Shown piece after piece: positions 49,996 through 60,588 of a DNA stretch of 64,000 nt. Where the stretch lies: positions 2,340 through 66,339 of the forward strand of contig JBHLJZ010000008.1 in assembly GCA_048887165.1 (NCBI GenBank), written 5' to 3'. Made by a program: the position numbers and the translations under genes. This DNA is from Candidatus Hodarchaeota archaeon (GTDB lineage: Archaea > Asgardarchaeota > Lokiarchaeia > Sigyniarchaeales > SOKP01). The notes under the pieces were generated by a model that did not search any database, was not told the origin of the DNA, and saw only the letters and a list, made by a program, of their open reading frames with translations. Position 1 is the stretch's first letter. Each line of letters starts with the position of its first letter.

Positions 49996-50973
49996 ATGGT
50001 AGCAGACAACATTGATGATATATTAAAACAGCAATTAGATAAGACCCTACACGAGACTAACTTTTCTTCACTCGGGGAATTGTATAAAGGAAAGGTCCGT
50101 GATAACTATATAAAAGAAAATATCAGAATTATTATAGCTACTGATCGCTTATCTGCTTTTGATAGGGTCATTACTACTATACCATTTAAGGGACAAATGT
50201 TAAATCAAGTCTCTGCTTTTTGGTTTGAAAAAACTAAAAATCTTGTTAAAAATCACATAATTGATATTCCCGATCCTAATGTTGCTGTTGTGCATCAATG
50301 TGAGATGATTCCAATCGAAATTATAGTTAGAGCGTATATTACTGGTACAGCGTGGAGAAATTACTTAAAAGGAGAAACAACTTCAGGAATAAACCTTCCT
50401 AAGGGACTCAGAAAAAATGAAAAATTAGATAATATATTAATTACCCCTTCTACTAAAGCAGAATCAGGTCATGATATTTATATTTCAAAAAAGAAGATAC
50501 TAAATGAGGAAATGGTTACTAAAGAGATTTATGAACAGATGGAAGATGCTGCTATAAAGCTTTATAAATTTGGTCAAGAGTATTGTACAAAAAATGGACT
50601 AATATTGGTTGATACTAAGTACGAATTTGGGATAAAGAATGGGGAGTTAATGGTAATTGATGAAATTCATACCCAAGACTCATCAAGATTTTGGATACTT
50701 GAAACTTATGAAAAACAGTTTGAAATGGGAGAAGAACCTGAAATTTTAGATAAAGAAATATTTAGAGGTTGGTTAATGGAAACTTATCCCGATGTTTTTC
50801 CAAATATAAAACCTGATCAGGATATTCCGCCAATATCATCTGATATTAAATTAGAATTAGCTAAAAGATATATGAGAAGCTATGAAAAAATAACAGGATT
50901 GGAATTTAAAGCAGAAGTTTCAGACGTTAAAAATCGTATATATGAAAATTTAAAGAAAAATAACTATATTTGA
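49996..50973 (+). CDS. purC: phosphoribosylaminoimidazole-succinocarboxamide (SAICAR) synthase
   Basis: YKGKVRDNY, ATDRLSAFD and LVDTKYEFG motifs. This is the long (325 aa) form. Confidence 0.9.
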   Translation: MVADNIDDILKQQLDKTLHETNFSSLGELYKGKVRDNYIKENIRIIIATDRLSAFDRVITTIPFKGQMLNQVSAFWFEKTKNLVKNHIIDIPDPNVAVVHQCEMIPIEIIVRAYITGTAWRNYLKGETTSGINLPKGLRKNEKLDNILITPSTKAESGHDIYISKKKILNEEMVTKEIYEQMEDAAIKLYKFGQEYCTKNGLILVDTKYEFGIKNGELMVIDEIHTQDSSRFWILETYEKQFEMGEEPEILDKEIFRGWLMETYPDVFPNIKPDQDIPPISSDIKLELAKRYMRSYEKITGLEFKAEVSDVKNRIYENLKKNNYI

Positions 50974-51023
50974 TGTCCGTTGAGAAAAGATTTAAATAAC
51001 AATCAATAGTAATTATTTTTATA

Positions 51024-51227
51024 ATGTTTAATTTAATTTTATTAGTTGGTTCCTTTGGATTGTTTTTAACAAGCGCTATCTTATTATTAATTGATTTAGA
51101 GTCAAAAAAAAGAAGTAAAAATAGAGATAAAACTAGAAATTTGCCAAAGTTGGGAAGTTATAGTTTCTTATTAAATCTCATAGCTTTATTACTTTTAGTA
51201 TTTGTTAGCTTCAGCTATGATTTATAA
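51024..51227 (+). CDS. small two-helix membrane protein (67 aa), hypothetical
   Basis: ORF with two hydrophobic helices flanking a basic loop. Coding status uncertain. Confidence 0.3.
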   Translation: MFNLILLVGSFGLFLTSAILLLIDLESKKRSKNRDKTRNLPKLGSYSFLLNLIALLLLVFVSFSYDL

Positions 51228-51360
51228 ATTAAATTTATCATAACCAAATTGAAAATTAATTATTTAAAAATAAATTGAATTTTGTCTTATTTTGTCGATG
51301 GAAATTATTTATTAATTAATAAGAACTATTAATATTATTATGAACTTTTTCTTTAAGTAA

Positions 51361-51633
51361 ATGGAGCAGATAGAATTTATAGTAGAAGTTGTATTAGAAA
51401 ATAAAAAAGCTGCTCGGGATCCGGTAGGGGAAACTATTCAAAGAGATCTTATCGCGAAAAAAGGATATGATGCGGTTCTAAATGTTCGAAGTGGACAATA
51501 CTTAAGATTTTATGTGAAAGCGGACAATGAAAAAAAAGCAGGAGATATTATTGAAGATTTACTTAACAAGTTAAGGATTTATAATCCAGTTACTCAAAAT
51601 TTTAAAATATTAAAAATATCAAAAGAGAATTAA
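51361..51633 (+). CDS. purS: FGAM synthase subunit PurS
   Basis: 90 aa, with the ARDPVGETIQRDL motif. It lies immediately upstream of purQ and purL. Confidence 0.8.
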   Translation: MEQIEFIVEVVLENKKAARDPVGETIQRDLIAKKGYDAVLNVRSGQYLRFYVKADNEKKAGDIIEDLLNKLRIYNPVTQNFKILKISKEN

Positions 51634-51636
51634 TAA

Positions 51637-52347
51637 ATGAAGATTAAAATTGCAGTTATCCAATTCCCAGCAGCTAATTGCGATTTAGACGCATTACATG
51701 TACTAAATAATGTTTTAAATGTTGAAACTAGCTTGGTTTGGCATAATCATTTTAATGAAGCTAATTTTGATGGCGTAATCCTCCCAGGTGGATTCTCGTT
51801 TGGTGATTACTTACGAGCAGGTATTATAGCAGCTCATAGCCCCGCAATAGATCAAGCAAGAATTATGTTAAAGGATGGACGACCAATTATTGGTATTTGT
51901 AATGGTTTTCAAATTTTAACGGAAGCACAATTCCTTCCAGGCGCATTGCTTCAAAATGAGTCACTTAAATTTGTTTGTAAATGGGTAAATATCAAAGTTG
52001 AAAATAATCAAACAGCTTTTACCAATAAAATGAATTTAGGTGATGTTCTTGATATTCCGATAGCACACGGCGAAGGAAGATATTTTACTGATAATCTTAA
52101 AGAGTTAGAAGAGAATGATCAAATTGTATTTAGGTATTCTTCAAGAAATGGTGAGTTTTCAGATGAAGCTAATCCCAATGGATCAATGGATAATATCGCT
52201 GGAGTATGTAACTTAGAACAGAATTGTCTAGGTCTAATGCCCCATCCTGAGAGAACTTCTGAACCAATTTTAAGTCCTTATAGAACCTCTCATGGAAAAT
52301 TATTTTTTGAGTCGATGATCGAATTTATTAAACAGAGGTTATTCTAA
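51637..52347 (+). CDS. purQ: FGAM synthase glutaminase subunit PurQ
   Basis: The triad context is present: GGFSFGDYLRAG, GICNGFQIL and MPHPER. Confidence 0.9.
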   Translation: MKIKIAVIQFPAANCDLDALHVLNNVLNVETSLVWHNHFNEANFDGVILPGGFSFGDYLRAGIIAAHSPAIDQARIMLKDGRPIIGICNGFQILTEAQFLPGALLQNESLKFVCKWVNIKVENNQTAFTNKMNLGDVLDIPIAHGEGRYFTDNLKELEENDQIVFRYSSRNGEFSDEANPNGSMDNIAGVCNLEQNCLGLMPHPERTSEPILSPYRTSHGKLFFESMIEFIKQRLF

Positions 52348-54593
52348 TGACAAAAATAAATGTAAATGGCGAAGAAATTCACGTAGAAATGACAAATGGG
52401 GAATTTGGAAAGGTTAAGGATTTATTAGATCGGAATCCTAACATAACTGAATTAGGCATGTTTGATGTTATGTGGAGTGAGCATTGTTCTTATAAATCAT
52501 CACGTCCAAAATTGAGATTATTTGAAGATGCTGAAGATGAGTATGATTATGTTTTAGCAGGTCCTGGTCAAGATGCAGGGGTAATTGATATTGGAGATGG
52601 ATACGCTTTAGCTTTTCGAATTGAATCTCATAATCATCCTTCTGCTATTGAACCTTATCATGGTGCTGCTACAGGTATAGGTGGAATAATTAGAGATATA
52701 TTATGTATGGGTGTTCGACCTATAGCTTTATTAGATCCTTTAAGATTTGGCCGATTAAAAGATAATCCACATTCTCAGTGGTTGTTTAAGTATGTAGTTA
52801 AGGGTATTGCAGATTATGGTAATTGTACAGGAATCCCTACAATAGGGGGAGAAGTTGAATTTGATGATAGTTTTGAGAGTAATTGTATCGTAAACGTAGC
52901 ATGTATAGGATTGGGAACAATAGAAGATTTTAAGCATGCTCCTAGTAGAGCGTATAATCCTGGTGATTATGTAGTTCTAATGGGTGGTTCTACAGGTAGA
53001 GATGGAATTCACGGAGTAACTTTTGCTTCTCGTACTTTAACAGAAATGTCTGAAGCAGATAGACCAGCAGTTCAAATTGGTGATCCTTTTACAAAAAAAA
53101 TGATTATTGAAGCTACTTTGGAAGCTGTTAAGACGGGATATGTAAGAGGTTTGAAAGATCTTGGGGGAGGTGGATTGACTTGTGCCACAAGTGAATTAAC
53201 TGGAGATGGAAATACAGGAGCACGGGTAGATTTGAGAAAAGTTTTTACTAGAGAACCGGGTATGAATTCATATGAAATTATGCTTTCAGAATCACAAGAA
53301 CGAATGGCTTTTATTATCAAACCTGACGGATTAGAAACAGTTCTTGATGTATTTAAAAAATATGAAATGAGTTTTGCCGTAATTGGTAGAACTGACGAAT
53401 CAAAAGTTCTTAGAGTATTCGATGGTGAAAATCTTGTAGTAAATATCCCTTCAAAAGCACTCTCTGAATCGCCAACATTTATACGGGAAGAGAAACGACC
53501 TTCTTATCTGGATAAATTACTTGCACAAAAAACTCCAAAGCCTAATTTAGGATTAGATGAAATAGTTTATAGACTAATAGCATCTGAAAATATTTGTAGT
53601 AAAGAGTGGGTTTACCGACAATATGATCATGAAGTCGGTGTTAGATCAGTTGTCAAATGTGGTGAAGGAGATGCAGGTGTTCTGAGAATAATTGGTACTG
53701 ATAAGTTTATAGCTGCGAGTGTTGGAATTAATTCAAAGCACTGTTTCTTAGATCCATACGAAGGAGCTAAAGGAGGACTAGTTGAAGAGTGTAGTAATAT
53801 AATTGTAAATGGAGCAAAACCAATGGCAATGGTTAATTGCTGCAATTTCGGGAATCCAGAAAAACCTGAGTCTTTCTGGTATTTTTCGAGATCAGTCGAT
53901 GGTATGAATGATTTCTGTAGAAAATTAAGGATTCCTATAGTAGGAGGAAACGTTTCTTTCTATAATGAAGATGAAGTTAAGAATAGAGCAATAAAAGCAA
54001 CACCTATGATAATGATTGTGGGACTCATCGAAGGTGAAGAAAATATAATCACACTTCCTTTTAAGAATACAAGAGATGATATCTTAATAATTGGGGAAAC
54101 AAAGGCAGAATTAGGAGGGTCTGAATATAACTCAGTTATTCATAATATTGAGGGTGGGATCCCACCTAAATGTGATGAAGCGATAATTAGAGCAACCTGG
54201 GATTTTCTTTTTGAATTATATGAAAAAGATTTAGTAAAAGCTAATCACGATGTTAATAAGGGTGGATTTATAATTACGATTGCTGAAATGTGCTTTAAAA
54301 ATAAATTAGGAGCAGATCTAGATCTTACTGCCTACCATAATAATGATTTAAGAGACGATGAATTATTATTTAGTGAGTCACTAGGGAGGTTTATAATTGA
54401 AGCTGATCCAAAAGATACAGATAATATTCTGAAATTAGCGGGAAAATTTCATGTTATTGTTGAAAAAATAGGAGTTATAATTCATGACCCAAAAATAAAT
54501 ATCAAGGGATTAAAAGATAGAGAAATCACCTTAGACCTAGAAAAAATGAAAAAATTACATGAATCAACAATTCCTGAACTAATGGAAATTTAA
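52347..54593 (+). CDS. purL: FGAM synthase subunit PurL
   Basis: SEHCSYKSS, ESHNHPS and GGLTCA motifs, at 748 aa. Its start overlaps the purQ stop. Confidence 0.95.
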   Translation: MTKINVNGEEIHVEMTNGEFGKVKDLLDRNPNITELGMFDVMWSEHCSYKSSRPKLRLFEDAEDEYDYVLAGPGQDAGVIDIGDGYALAFRIESHNHPSAIEPYHGAATGIGGIIRDILCMGVRPIALLDPLRFGRLKDNPHSQWLFKYVVKGIADYGNCTGIPTIGGEVEFDDSFESNCIVNVACIGLGTIEDFKHAPSRAYNPGDYVVLMGGSTGRDGIHGVTFASRTLTEMSEADRPAVQIGDPFTKKMIIEATLEAVKTGYVRGLKDLGGGGLTCATSELTGDGNTGARVDLRKVFTREPGMNSYEIMLSESQERMAFIIKPDGLETVLDVFKKYEMSFAVIGRTDESKVLRVFDGENLVVNIPSKALSESPTFIREEKRPSYLDKLLAQKTPKPNLGLDEIVYRLIASENICSKEWVYRQYDHEVGVRSVVKCGEGDAGVLRIIGTDKFIAASVGINSKHCFLDPYEGAKGGLVEECSNIIVNGAKPMAMVNCCNFGNPEKPESFWYFSRSVDGMNDFCRKLRIPIVGGNVSFYNEDEVKNRAIKATPMIMIVGLIEGEENIITLPFKNTRDDILIIGETKAELGGSEYNSVIHNIEGGIPPKCDEAIIRATWDFLFELYEKDLVKANHDVNKGGFIITIAEMCFKNKLGADLDLTAYHNNDLRDDELLFSESLGRFIIEADPKDTDNILKLAGKFHVIVEKIGVIIHDPKINIKGLKDREITLDLEKMKKLHESTIPELMEI

Positions 54594-54631
54594 TTATAGG
54601 AAAGTTTATAATCTGAAGGAGCTGTTAAAAT

Positions 54632-56068
54632 ATTTTTAGTAAACAAGAATTAAGAGAATATTGTGGTGTTTTCGGTATAAGTTGCGATGATTACAGTTAT
54701 TCCGTCTCAGCTTTAATATATTCTGGACTTATGGCTCTCCAACATCGAGGACAAATATTTTCAGGCATATCGATAAACACATATGGAAAAAAACTTATAA
54801 ATTATAAAGATAAAGGTTTAGTTTCCAAAGTTCTCAATCCTAAAAAGTTGAAAACGATAATTGGAAATATTGGTATTGGTCATGTCTGTTATGGTAAACC
54901 TACTTGTAAAAGTGTTGAAGATGCACAACCTTATCACTTAAAAATTAATGATTTGGAGTTTTCAATAGCAATAAATGGTACTCTTACCAACTATAATGAG
55001 ATTTATCATAAATTAACTAAAATGGGAAGAGTATTTACAGGTAAATCTGATGTTGAATTAATATCTGTTTTAATTGAGACTTTTCTTAAGTTTTCAGATA
55101 GCAGGATTGATACTTTAAAAAAAGTAATGAATCTAATAAATGGAGCTTATTCTATTCTTATTTTATTTGATGATGGAAATATTTATGCGATACGGGATCC
55201 AAAAGGATATAAGCCATTATGTTATGGAAAATTGAGTGTTGAAAATAAAAATTTCTTTATTGTTTCATCAGAATCATGTGCTGTTGATGTAATTGGCGGA
55301 AATCTAATTAATGATATAAAACCCGGTGAAATAGTGAATGTTCATCCTGTAGATGGGATTAAGAAGTATCAAGGTATAACTGATAAAGCTCATGGAGTTT
55401 GTCAATTTGAGTATGTTTATTTTGCTAGACCAGATTCTATAATAGATGGTATCCCCGTTGGAGATGTAAGATATAAATTGGGCCAAAATTTAGCTGAGGC
55501 TGATAATTATTTCTCTGAAAATGCTATCGTTGTCCCAATACCAGATTCAGGGAGAAGTGCTGCAATGGGTTATTCTTGGAAATCTAAGATCCCTTATGAC
55601 GAAGGATTAATGAAAAATAGATATTTGTGGCAGCTTAAAAGTGATGTAGAAGAAAAATTAAATCCTATTAAAGAAGTAGTGAAAAATAAAGATATTATCT
55701 TGGTAGATGATTCTATTATTAGTGGAAATACCATGAAAAAGATAATATCTATGCTTAGAAGTGCAAAAGCAAAATCTATTCATGTTCGAATAAGTTGTCC
55801 ACCCATTATAAAGAATTGCGATTTTAACGATAGTATTTCTAATCGAGAATTATTAATATCTTATCAAGCTAAATTAAGAAATTATGACAATTTTAATGAT
55901 GAGATGAAAGATTTCATTGGAGCTGACAGCCTTAAGTTCCAGAGTATTGAAGGGTTGCTTAATGCTATTGGGAAAGAAGAGGATTATTTATGTATAGATT
56001 GTTTAAAAGAATATTGTTCTATAACGGAAGATTTTAATAAACATAAAATGGAAATTTTAAGCAATTAA
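54632..56068 (+). CDS. purF: amidophosphoribosyltransferase; the start given here is a proposed ATT, and the first ATG is at 54731
   Basis: The Ntn catalytic N-terminus CGVFGI is encoded at 54662..54679, upstream of the first ATG. Also present are the PRPP loop ILVDDSIISGNT and the Fe-S Cys contexts (CPPIIKNC, CIDC). Confidence 0.85.
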   Translation: MFSKQELREYCGVFGISCDDYSYSVSALIYSGLMALQHRGQIFSGISINTYGKKLINYKDKGLVSKVLNPKKLKTIIGNIGIGHVCYGKPTCKSVEDAQPYHLKINDLEFSIAINGTLTNYNEIYHKLTKMGRVFTGKSDVELISVLIETFLKFSDSRIDTLKKVMNLINGAYSILILFDDGNIYAIRDPKGYKPLCYGKLSVENKNFFIVSSESCAVDVIGGNLINDIKPGEIVNVHPVDGIKKYQGITDKAHGVCQFEYVYFARPDSIIDGIPVGDVRYKLGQNLAEADNYFSENAIVVPIPDSGRSAAMGYSWKSKIPYDEGLMKNRYLWQLKSDVEEKLNPIKEVVKNKDIILVDDSIISGNTMKKIISMLRSAKAKSIHVRISCPPIIKNCDFNDSISNRELLISYQAKLRNYDNFNDEMKDFIGADSLKFQSIEGLLNAIGKEEDYLCIDCLKEYCSITEDFNKHKMEILSN

Positions 56069-56203
56069 ACACATAGATTTGCCGCTAATAGTCGTATGTT
56101 CTATGATCACGAACATTTTTAGATTATAATAAATAATTTGAAATACCCCAAATTATTTTTACTAAATTGTTTTTTGATTATTTCTTAATATGAGTGGAGA
56201 ATA

Positions 56204-56422
56204 TTGAGAGCGCGTGCCTGTATTAAATGTAAAGAATATACCGTTATTCATCCAAGTAATCCTTTAAATCAATTAAAAATTAGTGCTTTTGAGAAAAGAC
56301 ATCATCTTCACACACTTATAACCGTAAATCTTGACGAAATTAAGGATGAGTATCAATTATATAAAAATAACGGTTCTCAAAATAATTCTGAAAATAATAG
56401 TAATTCATATAATTATGTGTAG
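56204..56422 (+). CDS. small Cys/His-containing protein (72 aa), hypothetical
   Basis: TTG-start ORF. It has an N-terminal CIKCKEY..H and RHHLH, and an Asn/Ser-rich tail. Confidence 0.35.
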   Translation: MRARACIKCKEYTVIHPSNPLNQLKISAFEKRHHLHTLITVNLDEIKDEYQLYKNNGSQNNSENNSNSYNYV

Positions 56423-56465
56423 TTTATGATTTTTTAATTCTATTTTTAGTTTTAATCAAAATAAG

Positions 56466-57248
56466 CTAAATATAATCTAGTATCGAAGCAAATGTCTTGA
56501 TAACATGATTTGGCTTTATTTTTTCAATTGATGGATTATAGAATTTTCCTTTTCCAGTTTCAACAAGTACTGCTCGTATATTAGCATTTATTGCACCTTG
56601 AATATCAGATTCTATGTCATCACCAATAACGATGGATTCGTCATTAGTTAGTTTGATTCGTTTCAAAGCTTGGTCAAAATAATCTTTTGATGGTTTTCCA
56701 AATATTCTTGCTTTAATATTTGCTGCATTAGCTATCAAATTTACGAATGAGCCGGTATCTATTACCGGTTCTCCTTCATGATCAAGAAAGTATTTATTTC
56801 CTTGAGTACCCAATAGCTTTGCACCTTTTAACACATATTTAAACGCTTGGTTTAAGCGATTAACATCCCAATTATCACGAAAATCACCAATAACCACATA
56901 ATCAGGTATTTCAGAACCCTTAACTTGAGAAAATTCTTGAAATTCTTTCTTAACTTCCATTGTTGTCACTAAAAACAATCGTTTATCAGGAGATTTAGAT
57001 AAGAATTCTTTTAATGCTATGATAGGAGTAAATATCTCTTCTTTAAAGACAGTGAATCCTAGATTCTGCAAATTCTTGTAAATTGTTTGGGGTGTCTTGC
57101 TGTCAGTATTTGTGAAAAACAATAATTTAATGCCTTCTTTGCGAAGGTTATTAACGGCTTTTATAGCCCCTTCAGTTGGTTTTCCTTTAAAGTAGAGAGT
57201 TCCGTCTATATCAGAGAGAATTCCCTTAACGTTTTCTAATTTTTTCAT
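56466..57248 (-). CDS. HAD-superfamily phosphatase, subfamily IIA (NagD-like)
   Basis: DIDGTLY (motif I), FFTNTDS (motif II) and GDDIESDI (motif IV), with the 260 aa size typical of the IIA cap. Confidence 0.8.
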   Translation of the reverse strand: MKKLENVKGILSDIDGTLYFKGKPTEGAIKAVNNLRKEGIKLLFFTNTDSKTPQTIYKNLQNLGFTVFKEEIFTPIIALKEFLSKSPDKRLFLVTTMEVKKEFQEFSQVKGSEIPDYVVIGDFRDNWDVNRLNQAFKYVLKGAKLLGTQGNKYFLDHEGEPVIDTGSFVNLIANAANIKARIFGKPSKDYFDQALKRIKLTNDESIVIGDDIESDIQGAINANIRAVLVETGKGKFYNPSIEKIKPNHVIKTFASILDYI

Positions 57249-57272
57249 TATTAATTATTTAAAAAAAGGATT

Positions 57273-57893
57273 TTATATTTTATATCTTGAAATAAATTCT
57301 TTGGCGTTCCTTACGGTACTAGGACTACTGCTTTTTAATCCCTTTTTTATAAATTCAATTATTCTATTTTTATCCTTCGCATCATCAAAAAATTCACTAA
57401 GAAAATTAATAATATCTCCTTTAATTAAATCCTTGCGACTTGTATTATGGTGAGTTTTATCAATATTTAGCAAAATAGATGTAATTTTTGATCTTAAATT
57501 TGGTTTAGCAGCAGCAATTCTCCTAGCAAATATAGCTAGCTTTCTAGCAACCATAACACTTTTATCATCAATAAGATTAAAATAATGATCGCAAATTTTT
57601 TCAAATTTCTTTTCTCTATCTATAGCAGTTAAATTTGAAATAGTAGAAATTGCTATTGACTTGTGATAAGAATTTTTACTATCTAATAACTCAACAAAGA
57701 ATTCCCAGTCTGGATAAACTATCTCAGGATTTTTCTCACTTAAAATCTCTAAAGCAATAGCATTTGGATACCTCACTTTCTCATCTTTAGCTGTAACTCC
57801 ATCCAATAGTTCAGAAAGATATTTTTTTTCTTGTAATACTCGTTTTACTATATTTTCTGCTTGAATTTCGGCATCTTTTTTAGTTATAGACAT
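57273..57893 (-). CDS. hypothetical helical-repeat (HEAT/ARM-like) protein
   Basis: 206-aa all-helical ORF. The resemblance to HEAT-type repeat proteins is weak. Confidence 0.4.
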   Translation of the reverse strand: MSITKKDAEIQAENIVKRVLQEKKYLSELLDGVTAKDEKVRYPNAIALEILSEKNPEIVYPDWEFFVELLDSKNSYHKSIAISTISNLTAIDREKKFEKICDHYFNLIDDKSVMVARKLAIFARRIAAAKPNLRSKITSILLNIDKTHHNTSRKDLIKGDIINFLSEFFDDAKDKNRIIEFIKKGLKSSSPSTVRNAKEFISRYKI

Positions 57894-58382
57894 AGTAAGT
57901 TAAATTTGGGATTTATTAAAAATAACTAGATAGCAATTAATTTATAACTACTCAATGTTTTACTAAAAAAAATTTAAAATATATTCAAAAAAAAAATACA
58001 GAAATTAGAAACAAAGAAAAAAAGAAAATAGATTGGTGGTTTTTTAATAAATTTATCATGTGAAATAATGAGAATTTTAGAGCTGGATTTGCTTAAAATA
58101 AATTTTATCTCCTTTTTAATAAATCACCTTATTTGCTTAATTACCAATTCTATTTGTGTGGGAATTGTGTCCCATTGTGAAAATAATATCATAAGAAACT
58201 TATAAATCTTTCGGATTTTTTAGATTAATTGTTATTTCCTAAAATTTTTTTATCATTATCAATTTTATATGAAAAAAATTAAGTTAATCATAGTATAGAT
58301 TTATTACAACTAGAAAATTGTTCAAAAAATTAATAGAGTTAGAATAATTTCCTTTTGTATTAATTTTGCACTAAGAACTGTT

Positions 58383-58979
58383 ATGAAAATTGCTATCGAC
58401 ATTGATGGTGTTTTAATTGATTTAATGGTAGAATATTGTAAAATCTTCAATTCAATATATGGCACCAATTATAAAAAGGATGATGTGTCCAACTGGGAAT
58501 TTTTTAACGATTGGGGGATAACTGAAGAAAAAGCTTTTGCTGTGTTTAATCAGATCTATGAGGATTCTATGTCCGTTCCTTTTATTGATAGTGAAGCCCC
58601 AAGTGTTATGGAAAACCTTAATTTGAAACATGAGGTTTCTATTGTTTCAGCAAGAGAATCACAATTTAAAGCACCTATAATAAAGAAATTAAATTTTCAT
58701 AATATTAAAAAAAACATACATTATAAAGAACTCATTTTATTAACACATAAGCCATATGATCTAAAGTTGAGTGAACATTTTGATTTATACGTTGATGATA
58801 ATCCAAATTTGGTTGAACCCATTAAAAAGCTAAAGAACAAGTTCCTATTATTATACAATCAACCCTGGAATCAAAATTCCAAATGTGAAAATAATGTAAT
58901 AAGAGTATACAATTGGAAAGAAGTACGTAAAGAAATAAATAATTTACAAATAAAAATGATTAAAAAAAAGAAGGATTAA
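58383..58979 (+). CDS. HAD-family 5'(3')-deoxyribonucleotidase-like phosphatase
   Basis: IAIDIDGVLID (DxDxV motif I), VSAR and VDDNP motifs, at ~200 aa. Confidence 0.6.
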   Translation: MKIAIDIDGVLIDLMVEYCKIFNSIYGTNYKKDDVSNWEFFNDWGITEEKAFAVFNQIYEDSMSVPFIDSEAPSVMENLNLKHEVSIVSARESQFKAPIIKKLNFHNIKKNIHYKELILLTHKPYDLKLSEHFDLYVDDNPNLVEPIKKLKNKFLLLYNQPWNQNSKCENNVIRVYNWKEVRKEINNLQIKMIKKKKD

Positions 58980-58992
58980 AATTATTTTTAAA

Positions 58993-60429
58993 TTAGAATC
59001 CAAGTTCTTTAAGTTTTTGTTTATTTTTCATCCATATTTGTGGTGTAATAGGGTAGAACTTCCAATAGATTAAAGTACAAATAGTTAGAATTATTGCAGG
59101 GATCCACCCCATATGGAAAGCTATACCTATTTGCGCTAAAGGAGTTTGGGGTGTTATTCCAGGTGCTGGATCTTCAAAAAAACCAGTAAGGATATGCATA
59201 ATTGCAAAAATAGCAACCTGAGCTCCGCGAGCAAATCGAGAGAGAAACGATGCTACACCTACAGTTGCACCCCTCCTCGGTGATTTTGTTAATATTACTC
59301 TCTCATCAAGAACATCTGCAAAATATACTGTGAATAAAGCCCAAAAATTTCCCATTGTTAATCCCAAAATGGTCATACTTACCAGTGAAAACCATATATT
59401 CCATATAGAAAATGGGACTAGAGTTGTTCCACCTATTAAACATACTCCTCCTATTAGAGCAGATTTCTTGTTATTTTGGAGTTTTTTTGCAATCCGAATC
59501 CAAATGGGAACTGATATTATAGCAGCTTGTAAAAATGTCGCGAATAACAGTATCATATTGATTGGAGTGCCAAATGGCGGTCCAGGTAATACATAATTAG
59601 CAGCAAAAGGTATGGAAGCTGTTAAAGATCCCGTGACCACTTGAAAACCGAAAAACAGAATAATGTAATAAACAAAACTTTTTTGTTTTAAGGTTGATTT
59701 TAAGGCAGATATAAAGCTTTCAGGCTTCTCTTTACTTATATAATATCTCTCAATGATTTCTTTATTCTCATGCATTCCAGGGAGAAATAATAAAGAAATC
59801 GGTGCTATTGTACCAACAATAAGCCATATCATCGGTATATAAGCTGCTTGAACGTCTATTTCTCCACCGCCAAAAAGACCAAGTATTATTGGAGGGACAA
59901 TATTTGCAACAGGTAAAGCTATCATGGAAAGAGGGGTTCCCCAACCTCTAGCCCTTCTACGAGCTCTGTCAGTCCGAAATTTATCAGGAAATAGTGCTTC
60001 TATATTGACAAAACAGAGCGTGTAAAGACTATCGAATAAAACAGTTGTGAATACAATCCACCCAAAAAAAGGGAGTGGATCTGTCGATGGGTTTCCTGCA
60101 GGGGGCATAAAAACGAGAGCAAGCACAAAGTTTGCGGGGATTATGCCAATCACAATCCAAATGAACCTTTTTCCCACTTTTCTTGTATATTTCGTTACTC
60201 GATCTGTAAGATGACCAATTAAAGGATCATTTATTGCATCCCAGACAGTGAAGATGACCATCGCCCAAAACACATATACTATATTTAAACCAACGACAGC
60301 CTCGTAAAAGAAAATTAGATATGAATTAAATACTCCATACGCCAACATACTCCAGAAACCGCTTAATCCGTAAGAAATGGTATTAGGTAATGAAGGTTCT
60401 TTATAAGTTAATTCGTTAGTTTCATTCAT
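58993..60429 (-). CDS. GPH-family (glycoside-pentoside-hexuronide:cation symporter-like) MFS transporter
   Basis: 12-TM profile and the GPH signature WDAINDPLIGHLTDR after TM2. Confidence 0.8.
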   Translation of the reverse strand: MNETNELTYKEPSLPNTISYGLSGFWSMLAYGVFNSYLIFFYEAVVGLNIVYVFWAMVIFTVWDAINDPLIGHLTDRVTKYTRKVGKRFIWIVIGIIPANFVLALVFMPPAGNPSTDPLPFFGWIVFTTVLFDSLYTLCFVNIEALFPDKFRTDRARRRARGWGTPLSMIALPVANIVPPIILGLFGGGEIDVQAAYIPMIWLIVGTIAPISLLFLPGMHENKEIIERYYISKEKPESFISALKSTLKQKSFVYYIILFFGFQVVTGSLTASIPFAANYVLPGPPFGTPINMILLFATFLQAAIISVPIWIRIAKKLQNNKKSALIGGVCLIGGTTLVPFSIWNIWFSLVSMTILGLTMGNFWALFTVYFADVLDERVILTKSPRRGATVGVASFLSRFARGAQVAIFAIMHILTGFFEDPAPGITPQTPLAQIGIAFHMGWIPAIILTICTLIYWKFYPITPQIWMKNKQKLKELGF

Positions 60430-60588
60430 TCATAAATCACTAATTTTTTCTGTTATATTTCTAAAGTTTTTTTCATTTAAAGTAAAGATTAAAATATACT
60501 TTATCAAGGATTTATATAAAGATTCCTCACCGAAAAGAGAGAAATTGGACAAAAAAATATAATTTTTGAAAGGGAAAAAAAATTGATT

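Noticed and set aside
58068-58205. A 45-codon ORF (MRILELDLLKINFISFLINHLICLITNSICVGIVSHCENNIIRNL) in the 490-bp spacer before the NT5C-like gene.
   Set aside because: There is no recognisable domain, and the composition is typical of random AT-rich ORFs. The long spacer itself shows no repeat or RNA-like GC island.
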